Assembly: GCA_963771835.1 (NCBI GenBank)
Contig: CAVYVA010000004.1
Coordinates: 822,421-886,420 of the forward strand
Direction: 5' to 3'
Length of the DNA stretch: 64,000 nt
Source: an uncultured Actinomycetota bacterium
GTDB lineage: Bacteria > Actinomycetota > Actinomycetes > Prado026
Part shown: one piece after another, positions 49,927-58,091 of the stretch
Layout of the letters: each line of letters opens with the position of its first letter
How positions within the stretch are numbered: position 1 is the stretch's first letter
Notes under the pieces: model-generated
The model's input: the letters and a program-made list of their open reading frames with translations, nothing else
The model's database searches: none
What the model was told of the DNA's origin: nothing
Position numbers and translations under genes: made by a program

Positions 49927-50577
49927 ATGAAGCATCGCGCAGGACTGGTCCTGGTACTGGCCGCTGGACTGCTCGTCCTGACCGCGGGGGTGTCCTGGGC
50001 TGGGTCGCACGGCGGGGTCGCCGCCACCGTCGCACCGGACGGCACGGTTGTCTTCTCGACCACCAACGGCCCCGCCACCACTGACATCGCAGTATCCGCC
50101 GCGTCGTACATCGGCCTGTGGAAGACCCAGACCGAACCGCAGCGACTGTCGGAGGTCGTGCACGGAACCATCGCGGCCGGGACCAGCCGCCTGGAGCTGC
50201 ACGTACCGGTGCCCTCGTGCGGGCCCTACCAGCTCGATGCGTTCCTGGGGACGCAGGTCCCCCCGACGATCACGTTCCCGGCCGGCAGCGGCCCGAACGG
50301 GCTCAAGGGCCAGGAGTACCCGAACGGCAAGCCATGCGTCACCTCGACGCCCACGCCCACGACGACGACGACCGCCTCCGTCTCACCGACCGCGACGGCC
50401 ACGGCGACCCCGACTCCCACCCCCACGACGGGCGTGCTCGGTGAGAAGCTGTCGTCCGGATCGCCCCTTCCGGCGACGGGTTCTGCTGGCCTCGGCCTTG
50501 CGACGGCGCTGGGCGTCGGACTCCTGTTCACGGGTCTGGCGCTCGTGGCAGCCACTCGCCGAGCCAGGCGCCACTAG
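49927..50577 (+). CDS. LPXTG-anchored cell-surface protein
   Basis: Intact 216-aa ORF after an AAGGAG RBS. It has a signal peptide, a Thr/Pro linker (TPTPTTTTTASVSPTATATATPTPTPTT) and a sorting signal LPATG followed by a hydrophobic stretch and RRARRH. Confidence 0.85.
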   Translation: MKHRAGLVLVLAAGLLVLTAGVSWAGSHGGVAATVAPDGTVVFSTTNGPATTDIAVSAASYIGLWKTQTEPQRLSEVVHGTIAAGTSRLELHVPVPSCGPYQLDAFLGTQVPPTITFPAGSGPNGLKGQEYPNGKPCVTSTPTPTTTTTASVSPTATATATPTPTPTTGVLGEKLSSGSPLPATGSAGLGLATALGVGLLFTGLALVAATRRARRH

Positions 50578-50719
50578 GTCCAGAACTCTTCGCCACGGCG
50601 CCAGTCTGGTGAGTTTCGGTGCACGGGCGAGCTTGGTGTGACGGCGATTAGACTGCCGTTCGACATCGGGCCCGATCGGGTCGTGTAACGGCTGGGACAA
50701 CGCTTGATTGGCAGTGAGG

Positions 50720-51319
50720 ATGTCCGATACGGACGCTGCGGGGCGGTCGCCACGCGACGACGGCGAGCTCAGGCCGAAGGACCGCGTGCTTCATGCTGCG
50801 ATGGACATCATCGTGGAGAAAGGACTCGGTGAGCTCCGCCTGGCCGAGATCAGCGAGCGCACACATATGAGCACGGGGCACGTTCTCTACTACTTCGGTA
50901 CCAAGGACCGGATTCTGATCGAGACGCTCAACTGGATCGAGGCGGACCTGACCGATCGTCGGCAGCTGTCGATATCGGCCGCAGCGCCTGGGTGGGACCA
51001 GCTCAAGGTGTTCATCGGCTGCTACCTGCCGAGCGGGGTCAACGACCCCGTCTGGGCCCTGTGGGTCGAGGCTTGGGCGCAGCGGCATCGTGAGGCCTAT
51101 GCCGGAGAGGTCAGGCAGACGGCTGCCGGATGGGACAAGGACCTGCGTGCTCTCGTGGTCCGGGGTCGAGCCGCGGGTGAGTTCGCCGGTGGGTCCGGCT
51201 CCTTCTCGCGCCGGCTCATCGCGCTCATGGACGGGCTGGCGATCCAGATCCTGCAGGGCACACGCGACCGCCGCCAGGCCACGAGGCTGACCCTGGAGCA
51301 GTGCCGCATCGAGCTGTGA
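50720..51319 (+). CDS. TetR/AcrR-family transcriptional regulator
   Basis: ATG 50720 is in ORF 50708..51319. The HTH reads VLHAAMDIIVEKGLGELRLAEISERTHMSTGHVLYYFGTKDRIL. Confidence 0.85.
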   Translation: MSDTDAAGRSPRDDGELRPKDRVLHAAMDIIVEKGLGELRLAEISERTHMSTGHVLYYFGTKDRILIETLNWIEADLTDRRQLSISAAAPGWDQLKVFIGCYLPSGVNDPVWALWVEAWAQRHREAYAGEVRQTAAGWDKDLRALVVRGRAAGEFAGGSGSFSRRLIALMDGLAIQILQGTRDRRQATRLTLEQCRIEL

Positions 51320-51350
51320 CGGCGTCGTCGATCGCCGCATCCTTGCCGCC

Positions 51351-51424
51351 TTAGAGTCTTGCTCTAATGTTGTTGCGCTGCGTATCGCCAACCCCTAGAG
51401 TGACGCTCTAGAGCACCACTCTAA
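51351..51424. promoter_or_regulatory. Three copies of a 17-bp operator-like palindrome YTAGAG-N5-CTCTAR
   Basis: The copies are TTAGAGTCTTGCTCTAA (51351-51367), CTAGAGTGACGCTCTAG (51395-51411) and CTAGAGCACCACTCTAA (51408-51424, sharing an arm with the second). They lie between tetR and the ureohydrolase gene. Confidence 0.65.
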
Positions 51425-51448
51425 TCTCTCAGTCACCTGGACACGGCG

Positions 51449-52414
51449 TTGCCCTCGAGCCCTCCGAACCACCCGTTCCTCGGCGCACCTTTCGTCGAGG
51501 ACCCTGCGGACGTCCGTACGCCCTATGCCTTCCTCGGCGTCCCCTTCGGTCCGCCCTACTGCGCCGACGACCTGACCGTGGCCGCGGGCGCGGCACAGGC
51601 AGTTCGGGACCGGGCGATGGTCATGGGCTACCACGAGCTGAGCCACCACTACGACTTCGATCTGGGGGGTCCACTGTTTCCCGATCGCCGGCCGACCGTC
51701 TCGGACTGCGGAGACGTCGCGGGTGACGTGCGCAACCCCGACGCGATCTGGGAGCAGACGATCGACCTCCTCCGGCCGCTTGTCACGGCGCGGCGGGTCC
51801 CCCTCGTGGTCGGCGGACTGGACTCGGTCCCGCCGATGGTCGTGGGGGCGTTCGACGGTGTGGAGACGGTCAACGTCCTGCACGTCGACGCGCATGTCGA
51901 CTTCCGGCAGGAGCTGGGGGGCGTCACGCGCGGGTACTCGAGCCCGATCCGGCGGATCGTGGAGCTGAGCTGCGTCGAGCAAGTGGTCCAGGTCGGCCTT
52001 CGCTCGGTCGGGAGCGGACGTCCCAGCGACGTCGCCGACGCCCTGGCGGCAGGGAACCGCTTGATCACCTCGTGGCAGCTTCGAGAGCTGGGCGCCGCAG
52101 CAGTGCTGGACGAGCTCGAGGTGGAGAGGCGGTGGGTGGTCACCATCGACTGTGACGGCCTCGATCCCAGCATCGCGCCGGGCGTCGGCTGGCCCGAGCC
52201 CGGCGGCCTCACCTACCCGGAGATCGCGACGCTCGTGCGCGGCCTGTCGCGCAAGTCTGCCGTCGCCGCCGTCATCTTCACCGAGTTCCAGCCGGCCCGG
52301 GACATCCACCAGATCACAGCTCACACCATCGCGCGGCTGCTCATCAACGTCGTGGGCCTGCAGCGCGATCCCCAGTCGTCCCCGTCTCGTTCCAGCCGAA
52401 AGAAGTCGACATGA
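51449..52414 (+). CDS. Arginase/agmatinase/formimidoylglutamase-family ureohydrolase (substrate unknown)
   Basis: Intact 321-aa ORF. The only start available after the upstream stop is TTG 51449 (or CTG 51437). The metal motifs HVDAHVD and IDCDGLDPSIAPG are present. The first motif reads GGLDS instead of GGDHS. Confidence 0.75.
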   Translation: MPSSPPNHPFLGAPFVEDPADVRTPYAFLGVPFGPPYCADDLTVAAGAAQAVRDRAMVMGYHELSHHYDFDLGGPLFPDRRPTVSDCGDVAGDVRNPDAIWEQTIDLLRPLVTARRVPLVVGGLDSVPPMVVGAFDGVETVNVLHVDAHVDFRQELGGVTRGYSSPIRRIVELSCVEQVVQVGLRSVGSGRPSDVADALAAGNRLITSWQLRELGAAAVLDELEVERRWVVTIDCDGLDPSIAPGVGWPEPGGLTYPEIATLVRGLSRKSAVAAVIFTEFQPARDIHQITAHTIARLLINVVGLQRDPQSSPSRSSRKKST

Positions 52415-53346
52415 ACAACCGCCATGCGCGTCGCGCCATCGTCTTCTCGGTCGTCCTCGGCGCCACTGCGGCCCTTGTCCTCAGCGCCTGCGGCAGCTCG
52501 TCGTCCGGTGGTTCCGGCGCTTCCGCCGGGTCATCCGCAGGCGCGGGAGCCTCGTCCTCGGTCGACCCCACGCTCGCTGCGATGCTGCCGGCGAAGATCA
52601 AGACTGCCGGCACGGCCACGGTGGCGACCGACGCGTCGTACGCGCCGATCGAGTTCTTCGCGTCCGACAACACGACGATCCAGGGCATGGACATCGACCT
52701 GGGGCATGCGATCGGCGACGTGCTGGGGGTGAAGTTCAACTTCGTCAATGCTTCGTTCGACACCATCATCCCGGCGCTGGGCACCCGCTACGACCTCAGC
52801 ATGTCCGCCTTCACGGACAACCTGGCCCGGCAGCAGAAGGTCGACATGGTCACGTACTACAGCGCGGGTGTGAACTTCCTCGTCCAGAAGGGGAAGAACT
52901 CCGACCTGGTCTCTCTCGACGCGCTGTGCGGCAAGCACGTCGCGGTGGAGAAGGGCACCGTGCAGCTCGACCAGGCGACCGAACAGTCCAAGAAGTGCAC
53001 CGACGCCGGCAAGGCGGCCATCGACATCCAGGCGTACCCGGACCAGAACGGCGCCAACCTGGCGCTCAACAGCGGCCGCGCGGACGTCGTACTCGCAGAC
53101 TCCCCGGTGAACTCCTACGCGGCCAAGCAGTCCAACGGTGCGTTCGAGGTGATCGGCACTGCGTACGGCACCGCCCCCTACGGGATCCCGGTGCCCAAAG
53201 GCGCCGAGTACGCCGGCTTCGCCGACGCGATCAAGGGCGCGCTGGAGAAGCTGAACAGCGACGGTACCTACGCAAAGATCCTGCAGAAGTGGGGCATCGA
53301 GGCCGGCGCGATCTCGAACTTCACGATCAACGGCGCTACCAGCTAG
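52411..53346 (+). CDS. Family-3 (polar amino acid type) ABC transporter substrate-binding lipoprotein
   Basis: ATG 52411 overlaps the ureohydrolase stop (ATGA). The lipobox is LVLSAC followed by a Ser/Gly linker. The translation includes ATDASYAPIEFF..IQGMDIDLGHAIG..FDTIIPAL..RYDLSMSAFTD. Confidence 0.8.
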   Translation: MNNRHARRAIVFSVVLGATAALVLSACGSSSSGGSGASAGSSAGAGASSSVDPTLAAMLPAKIKTAGTATVATDASYAPIEFFASDNTTIQGMDIDLGHAIGDVLGVKFNFVNASFDTIIPALGTRYDLSMSAFTDNLARQQKVDMVTYYSAGVNFLVQKGKNSDLVSLDALCGKHVAVEKGTVQLDQATEQSKKCTDAGKAAIDIQAYPDQNGANLALNSGRADVVLADSPVNSYAAKQSNGAFEVIGTAYGTAPYGIPVPKGAEYAGFADAIKGALEKLNSDGTYAKILQKWGIEAGAISNFTINGATS

Positions 53347-53414
53347 GACGACTCAGTCAGCTGAGGACGATTCAGTCGCCCACCCGGGCAAAGCATGGTG
53401 ACGCGGTGCCGGCC

Positions 53415-54404
53415 TCAGCGGGCGAGCAGGCGCGTCGTCGGTAGCACGGGGGCGGCGAGGCGCTCGTCGTAGCCGGGGACCGGCGCGAAGCGGCGGCCCG
53501 CCTCCCAGTCGGCGCGCGCGGCGACGATCTCCTCGTGGCTGCGGCCGACGAAGTTCCACCACATCAGCAGCGGCTCGCCCAGCGGAGTGCCGCCGAGCAG
53601 GAACGCGCGGCCACCGCGCTCACTCGCGAGCGTGAGACCGGGGCGGGCGGTCCCGAGGTACGCGAGGGCGGCCGGCTCGAGCCGCCGTCCGTCGACCTGC
53701 ACGTCCCCGTCCACGGCGAGCAGCGCGTGCTCGAAGGTGCTCTCCAGCCGCAGCGTGGCCGTCGCTCCGGCCGGCAGCACGACCTCGGCGCCGAGCAGCG
53801 GCGTGTACGCCCGCGCCTGCGACTGCGACTCGAGGCCCGCCAGCCCGCCGGAAAGCCGGCCGATGAGCACGGTGACCTGTACGCCGTCGAGGTCGAGCAC
53901 CGGCAGGTCGCCGTGGTGGGCGAACGCGGGCTCGGTGTCGCGGGACGCCTCGGGCAGCGCGACCCACAGCTGCAGGCCGTGGAGGGGAGCGAGCGGCGCA
54001 CCGGCCGGCGGCGGCTCGCCCGCTGAGTCCTCGGCGTGCGCGATGCCGTGGCCGGCGGTCATCAGGTTGAGCTCACCGGGACGCACGAGCTGGTCCGAGC
54101 CGAGGCTGTCCCGATGCCGGACCTCGCCGTCGAACAACCACGTGACGGTCTGCAGACCGGTGTGCGGGTGCTCGGGGACGTGCATGCGCGACTCGGCCGG
54201 CCGCGAGGACGACCCGTAGTGGTCCAGGAAGCACCAGGCCCCGACCGTCCGGCGCTCGCGGTGCGGCAGCGTCCGCCGGACGAGCATCGCGCGCGGCCCG
54301 CCGAGCGGCACCTCCCGCGGCGCCAGCTCCTCGAGGACGGGTCCGCTCGCCGGCGCCAGGGCCGCCGTGCGGGTCTCGGCGGGCCGGGTCTCCAGGTTGC
54401 TCAC
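53415..54404 (-). CDS. Pirin-family protein
   Basis: GTG 54404 is in frame with ORF 53415..54842. The cupin motifs are present (MHVPEHPHTGLQTVTWLFDGEVRHRDSLG..GELNLMTAGHGIAHAE..LHGLQLWVALP). Confidence 0.85.
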   Translation of the reverse strand: MSNLETRPAETRTAALAPASGPVLEELAPREVPLGGPRAMLVRRTLPHRERRTVGAWCFLDHYGSSSRPAESRMHVPEHPHTGLQTVTWLFDGEVRHRDSLGSDQLVRPGELNLMTAGHGIAHAEDSAGEPPPAGAPLAPLHGLQLWVALPEASRDTEPAFAHHGDLPVLDLDGVQVTVLIGRLSGGLAGLESQSQARAYTPLLGAEVVLPAGATATLRLESTFEHALLAVDGDVQVDGRRLEPAALAYLGTARPGLTLASERGGRAFLLGGTPLGEPLLMWWNFVGRSHEEIVAARADWEAGRRFAPVPGYDERLAAPVLPTTRLLAR

Positions 54405-54736
54405 CGGCGGGTGAACCGTTCGACCAGGGGCCCGAAGTGCTCGACCTCGGGGTCGGCGGCGAAGTAGGGGCCGATCAGCTCGCGCCACCTGGTGAAGCGG
54501 TCCGAGCCGCGGAAGCCGACGAGGTGGTCGTCCAGGGTTTCCCAGGCGACCAGGAGCAGGAGGACGCCGGGACGCTCGACCCCGCGGTGCAGCTCGACCC
54601 AGCGGCACCCGGGCGAGGTGGTGATCACCGTCTTGGCCTCGGCGAACGCCGCTTCGAAGGCGGGCGCGTCTGCCTCGGCCACGAAGATGAACGCGTGCTC
54701 GAGGACAGGGCCGGCCGGTGCGTCGGGAACGGTCAC
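54401..54736 (-). CDS. ABM (antibiotic-biosynthesis-monooxygenase-like) domain protein
   Basis: GTG 54736 is in frame with ORF 54401..54961. The product is about 111 aa (HAFIFVAEADAPAFEAAFAEAKTVI..LLLLVAWETLDDHLVGFRGSDRF). The stop overlaps the pirin start (GTGA). Confidence 0.6.
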   Translation of the reverse strand: MTVPDAPAGPVLEHAFIFVAEADAPAFEAAFAEAKTVITTSPGCRWVELHRGVERPGVLLLLVAWETLDDHLVGFRGSDRFTRWRELIGPYFAADPEVEHFGPLVERFTRR

Positions 54737-54808
54737 CGGCCCATCTTCGCCGACCTGGCCCCGCGGTGGCAGGCTCGGGGGAGGTCGGCCCGACAGGAGG
54801 ACGGCACG

Positions 54809-56513
54809 ATGGCGACAGCGACCGAGAAGTTCCGGGCGGCACGTGACTTCCTGCTCGAGCACCGGGACGACTACGCGGCCGCGGTCGCCGGGTTCCGGTG
54901 GCCCGAGCTGACGGAGTTCAACTGGGCGCTGGACTGGTTCGACGCGGTCGCCGCGGAGCACCCGGACCGGACCGCGCTGCGCATCGTCGAGGACGACGGG
55001 GGCGACGCCTCGTACAGCTACGCCCGGCTGTCCGAGCGCTCCGACCGGCTAGCCACGTGGCTGCGGGGTCTGGGGGTGCGCCGCGGCGACCGGATCCTGC
55101 TGATGCTGGGCAACCAGGTGGAGCTGTGGGAGATGATGCTCGCCGCGATCAAGCTGGGTGCGGTGACGATCCCCGCCTCCACACTGCTCGGTCCGGCCGA
55201 CCTCGCCGACCGCATCGACCGCGGACGCGTCGCGCACGTCGTGACGGCAGCCGAGCACACCGAGAAGTTCGGCGGGCTCGCCGACCGGCTGACCCGCGTG
55301 AGCGTCGGCGCGACGGCGGGCTGGCACGACTTCAGCGAGCTCACCGCGGCCGCCCCGGGCTTCCAGCCGGACGGCCCGACCCCGGCCGGCGACCCGATGC
55401 TGCTGTACTTCACGTCCGGCACGACGTCGCTGCCCAAGCTGGTCGAGCACACCAACGTGTCGTACCCCGTCGGCCACCTCTCGACGATGTACTGGATCGG
55501 GCTGCAGCCCGGCGACGTGCATCTCGAACATCTCCTCGCCGGGCTGGGCGAAGCACGCGTGGAGCAACGTCTTCGCGCCGTGGAACGCGCAGGCCACCGT
55601 GCTCGTCGCCAACTACGCGCGCTTCCAGCCGGCCCCGCTGCTCGAGCAGCTGGTCCGGTGCGAGGTGACGACCTTCTGCGCGCCCCCCACGGTGTGGCGG
55701 ATGCTCATCCAGGCCGATCTCGGCGCCTGGAAGGTGCCCGTGCGCGAGATGGTCGGCGCCGGCGAGCCGCTCAACCCCGAGGTGATCGACCGGGTGCAGG
55801 CCGCGTGGGGGCTGACGATCCGCGACGGGTACGGCCAGACCGAGACGACGGCGCAGGTCGGCAACACCCCCGGGCAGAAGGTGGTTCCCGGCGCGATGGG
55901 TCGGCCGCTTCCGGGCTATCGAGTGGTCCTGGTCGACCCTTCGACGGCAGAGCCGGGGGAGGAGGGCGAGATCTGCCTGGACCTGTCGGCCCGCCCGCTC
56001 GGCCTGATGACGGGGTACCGCGACAGCGACGAGCGCACCGCCGAGGTCATGCGCGCCGGGTACTACCACACTGGCGACGTGGCCCGCCGCAACGCGGACG
56101 GGACCATCACGTACGTCGGTCGCACGGACGACGTCTTCAAGGCGTCGGACTACCGGATCTCGCCGTTCGAGCTGGAGTCGGTGCTGATCGAGCACCCGGC
56201 GGTGGTCGAGGCCGCGGTGGTGCCGTCGCCGGACCCGCTGAGGCTGGCGGTGCCGAAGGCGTACGTGACGCTGGCCGCCGGTTTCGAGCCGGACGCCGCG
56301 ACCGCGGAGTCGATCCTTCGGCACTGCCGGGAGAACCTGGCCCCGTACAAGCGGATCCGGCGGCTGCAGTTCGGCGAGCTGCCGAAGACGATCAGCGGCA
56401 AGATCCGTCGGGTGGAGCTGCGGTCCGAGGAGGTCGCCCTGCACGCCGACCCGCAGGCCCGGCCGGCCGGGGAGTTCCGCGACGACGACTTCCCCGGACT
56501 GCGGGGCTCCTGA
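54809..56513 (+). pseudogene. AMP-forming acyl-CoA synthetase (medium-chain/acetyl-CoA-synthetase-like), single +1 frameshift
   Basis: ATG 54809. The AMP-binding motif LLYFTSGTTSLPKLVEH is present. The frame is lost at an extra G near 55526 (GDVHL/NISSPGWAKHAW). It resumes in ORF 55599..56513 (DGYGQTETT, YYHTGDVARRNADGTITYVGRTDDVFK, PKTISGKIRRVELR). Confidence 0.85.
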
Positions 56514-56537
56514 CCGCGCGTCGGCGGACCCGTCGGC

Positions 56538-56969
56538 TCAGCGGCGGTACCAGCGGTGCCGGCCGGCGGCGAGCCAGAACCACATGATCGGGAGCAGGAA
56601 GAACGCCTGGCCGCGGGACGCGATCAGAACCGCGACGGCAACGAACAGCACGGCCGCCGGCAGCACCGGGAAGTCCGGCCACCCGCCGACTCCTCGCGCG
56701 GCCCGGGCGGCGGACCGCCGCTCGCGTCGGCTGGGCCGGAACGGCGCCGGGTCCGGCAGGTCGGCGAACAACGCCACCAGCTGGTCCACCGTCACGGCGC
56801 GGTAGGCGGCTTCGAGCCTGGCGTCCAGCTCGGCGTGGTCCAGCCTGCCGAGGGCGAAGTGCTCGGACAGGGCGGACACCGCCTGCTCCCGCTCGGCATC
56901 ACCGATCCGCTGGGCCGGAGCCAGGGTCGGGGGCGTCATCGGCAGCGGGTTCGGATCCGGGGTCGGCAT
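56538..56969 (-). CDS. DUF1707-domain membrane protein
   Basis: Intact 143-aa ORF. The N-terminal part reads RIGDAEREQAVSALSEHFALGRLDHAELDARLEAAY. Two C-terminal TMs follow. Confidence 0.7.
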   Translation of the reverse strand: MPTPDPNPLPMTPPTLAPAQRIGDAEREQAVSALSEHFALGRLDHAELDARLEAAYRAVTVDQLVALFADLPDPAPFRPSRRERRSAARAARGVGGWPDFPVLPAAVLFVAVAVLIASRGQAFFLLPIMWFWLAAGRHRWYRR

Positions 56970-57221
56970 GGTGGCTCCCTCTGGGTAATCCGGTAATCAT
57001 CGCCCTGGAGCGGCTGCCCGGCAACGGACCCGCCAGGTACTGTCTCGCCGCACCTCGCACCGCATCCCGTCCTATCCCGTCCGTCGTCGCACCGCAGGGG
57101 AGGTCCGGAGCCACCGTGGGCAGCTCCCTCGCCGGTCGGGCCAGGCAGCTCGGCGTCGCGGCGCGCTGGCGGTTCAAGTCCGCTCGCGTACGTCGACCGG
57201 GCGCCGGACCACCGCGCCACG

Positions 57222-58091
57222 GTGCTGCTGCTGGGCAGTGCGCGGTCGGGGACCACGTGGGTGGGCGAGGTCATCGACCGCCACCACGACCACCGGGTGG
57301 TGTTCGAGCCGCTCCGCGCCGACCGGGTGCCGGCTGCCCGGGTGTTCGCGAACGGGCAGTACCTGCGCCGCGACGACACCGACTCGCGGTACCTGGATCC
57401 GATGACGCGGATCCTGACCGGGCGGATGCGCAACCCGTGGGCCGACCACCTCAACCACGTCGTCGTGGCCAGGCGGCGGCTGGTGAAAGAGATCCGGGCC
57501 AACATGCTGGCGCCCTGGCTGGTCGAGCGCTTCCCGGGGATGCCGGTCGTGCTGCTGATCCGGCACCCGCTCGGGGTGGCGGTGAGCCGCCGCGAGCTGG
57601 GCTGGTCCGACCACTTGGACGACGCGCTCGCCCAGCCGCGGCTGGTCGCCGACCACCTCACGCCCGACCAGGACCGTGCTCTGCGCGCGCTCACCGACCC
57701 GTTCGCGCGAGCAGTGGCCCAGGCCGGGCTGGAGACCCTGGTCCCCCTACGGATGACGACGCCGGCCGAGCTCCTGGCCGTGACGTACGAGGGGCTGGTG
57801 TCGCAGCCGCGCGTCCAGGCCGAGCGGGTGCTCCGGCACGTGGGGCAGCAGCCGGACCCGGAGCTGGACGCGGCCCTGGACCGTCCCTCGCACCTGAGCC
57901 GAGCCGACTCCGCGGTGCGGACCGGGGGTGACCGCGCCGCCTCCTGGGTGCCGAGGGTGGACGCCGACGACCGGGCACGGGCGCGCGAGGTCCTCGAGCT
58001 GCTCGGTCTGGCTGGGATCTACTCGGTCGACGACGCGTACCCGGACGCCGCCGCGATGTCCGCGCTGCACGGGGCGCCGTACACGTCCTGA
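57222..58091 (+). CDS. PAPS-dependent sulfotransferase-family protein
   Basis: 289-aa ORF starting with the 5'-PSB loop LLLGSARSGTTW. A better-placed start (GTG 57116, after GGGGAGG) lies in another frame, so the N-terminus may be frameshifted near 57200. Confidence 0.65.
   Translation: MLLLGSARSGTTWVGEVIDRHHDHRVVFEPLRADRVPAARVFANGQYLRRDDTDSRYLDPMTRILTGRMRNPWADHLNHVVVARRRLVKEIRANMLAPWLVERFPGMPVVLLIRHPLGVAVSRRELGWSDHLDDALAQPRLVADHLTPDQDRALRALTDPFARAVAQAGLETLVPLRMTTPAELLAVTYEGLVSQPRVQAERVLRHVGQQPDPELDAALDRPSHLSRADSAVRTGGDRAASWVPRVDADDRARAREVLELLGLAGIYSVDDAYPDAAAMSALHGAPYTS

Noticed and set aside
49450-49930. A possible integrase or recombinase remnant next to tRNA-Leu.
   Set aside because: I translated all three minus-strand and three plus-strand frames by eye. 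None shows the R..HxxR..Y tyrosine-recombinase signature or a serine-recombinase motif. The region is kept only as an unexplained spacer in the findings.
53347-53414. A short hairpin (CTCAG-tcag-CTGAG) between the convergent binding-protein and pirin genes, considered as a bidirectional terminator.
   Set aside because: The stem is only 5 bp with no U-tract. That is too weak to call a feature.
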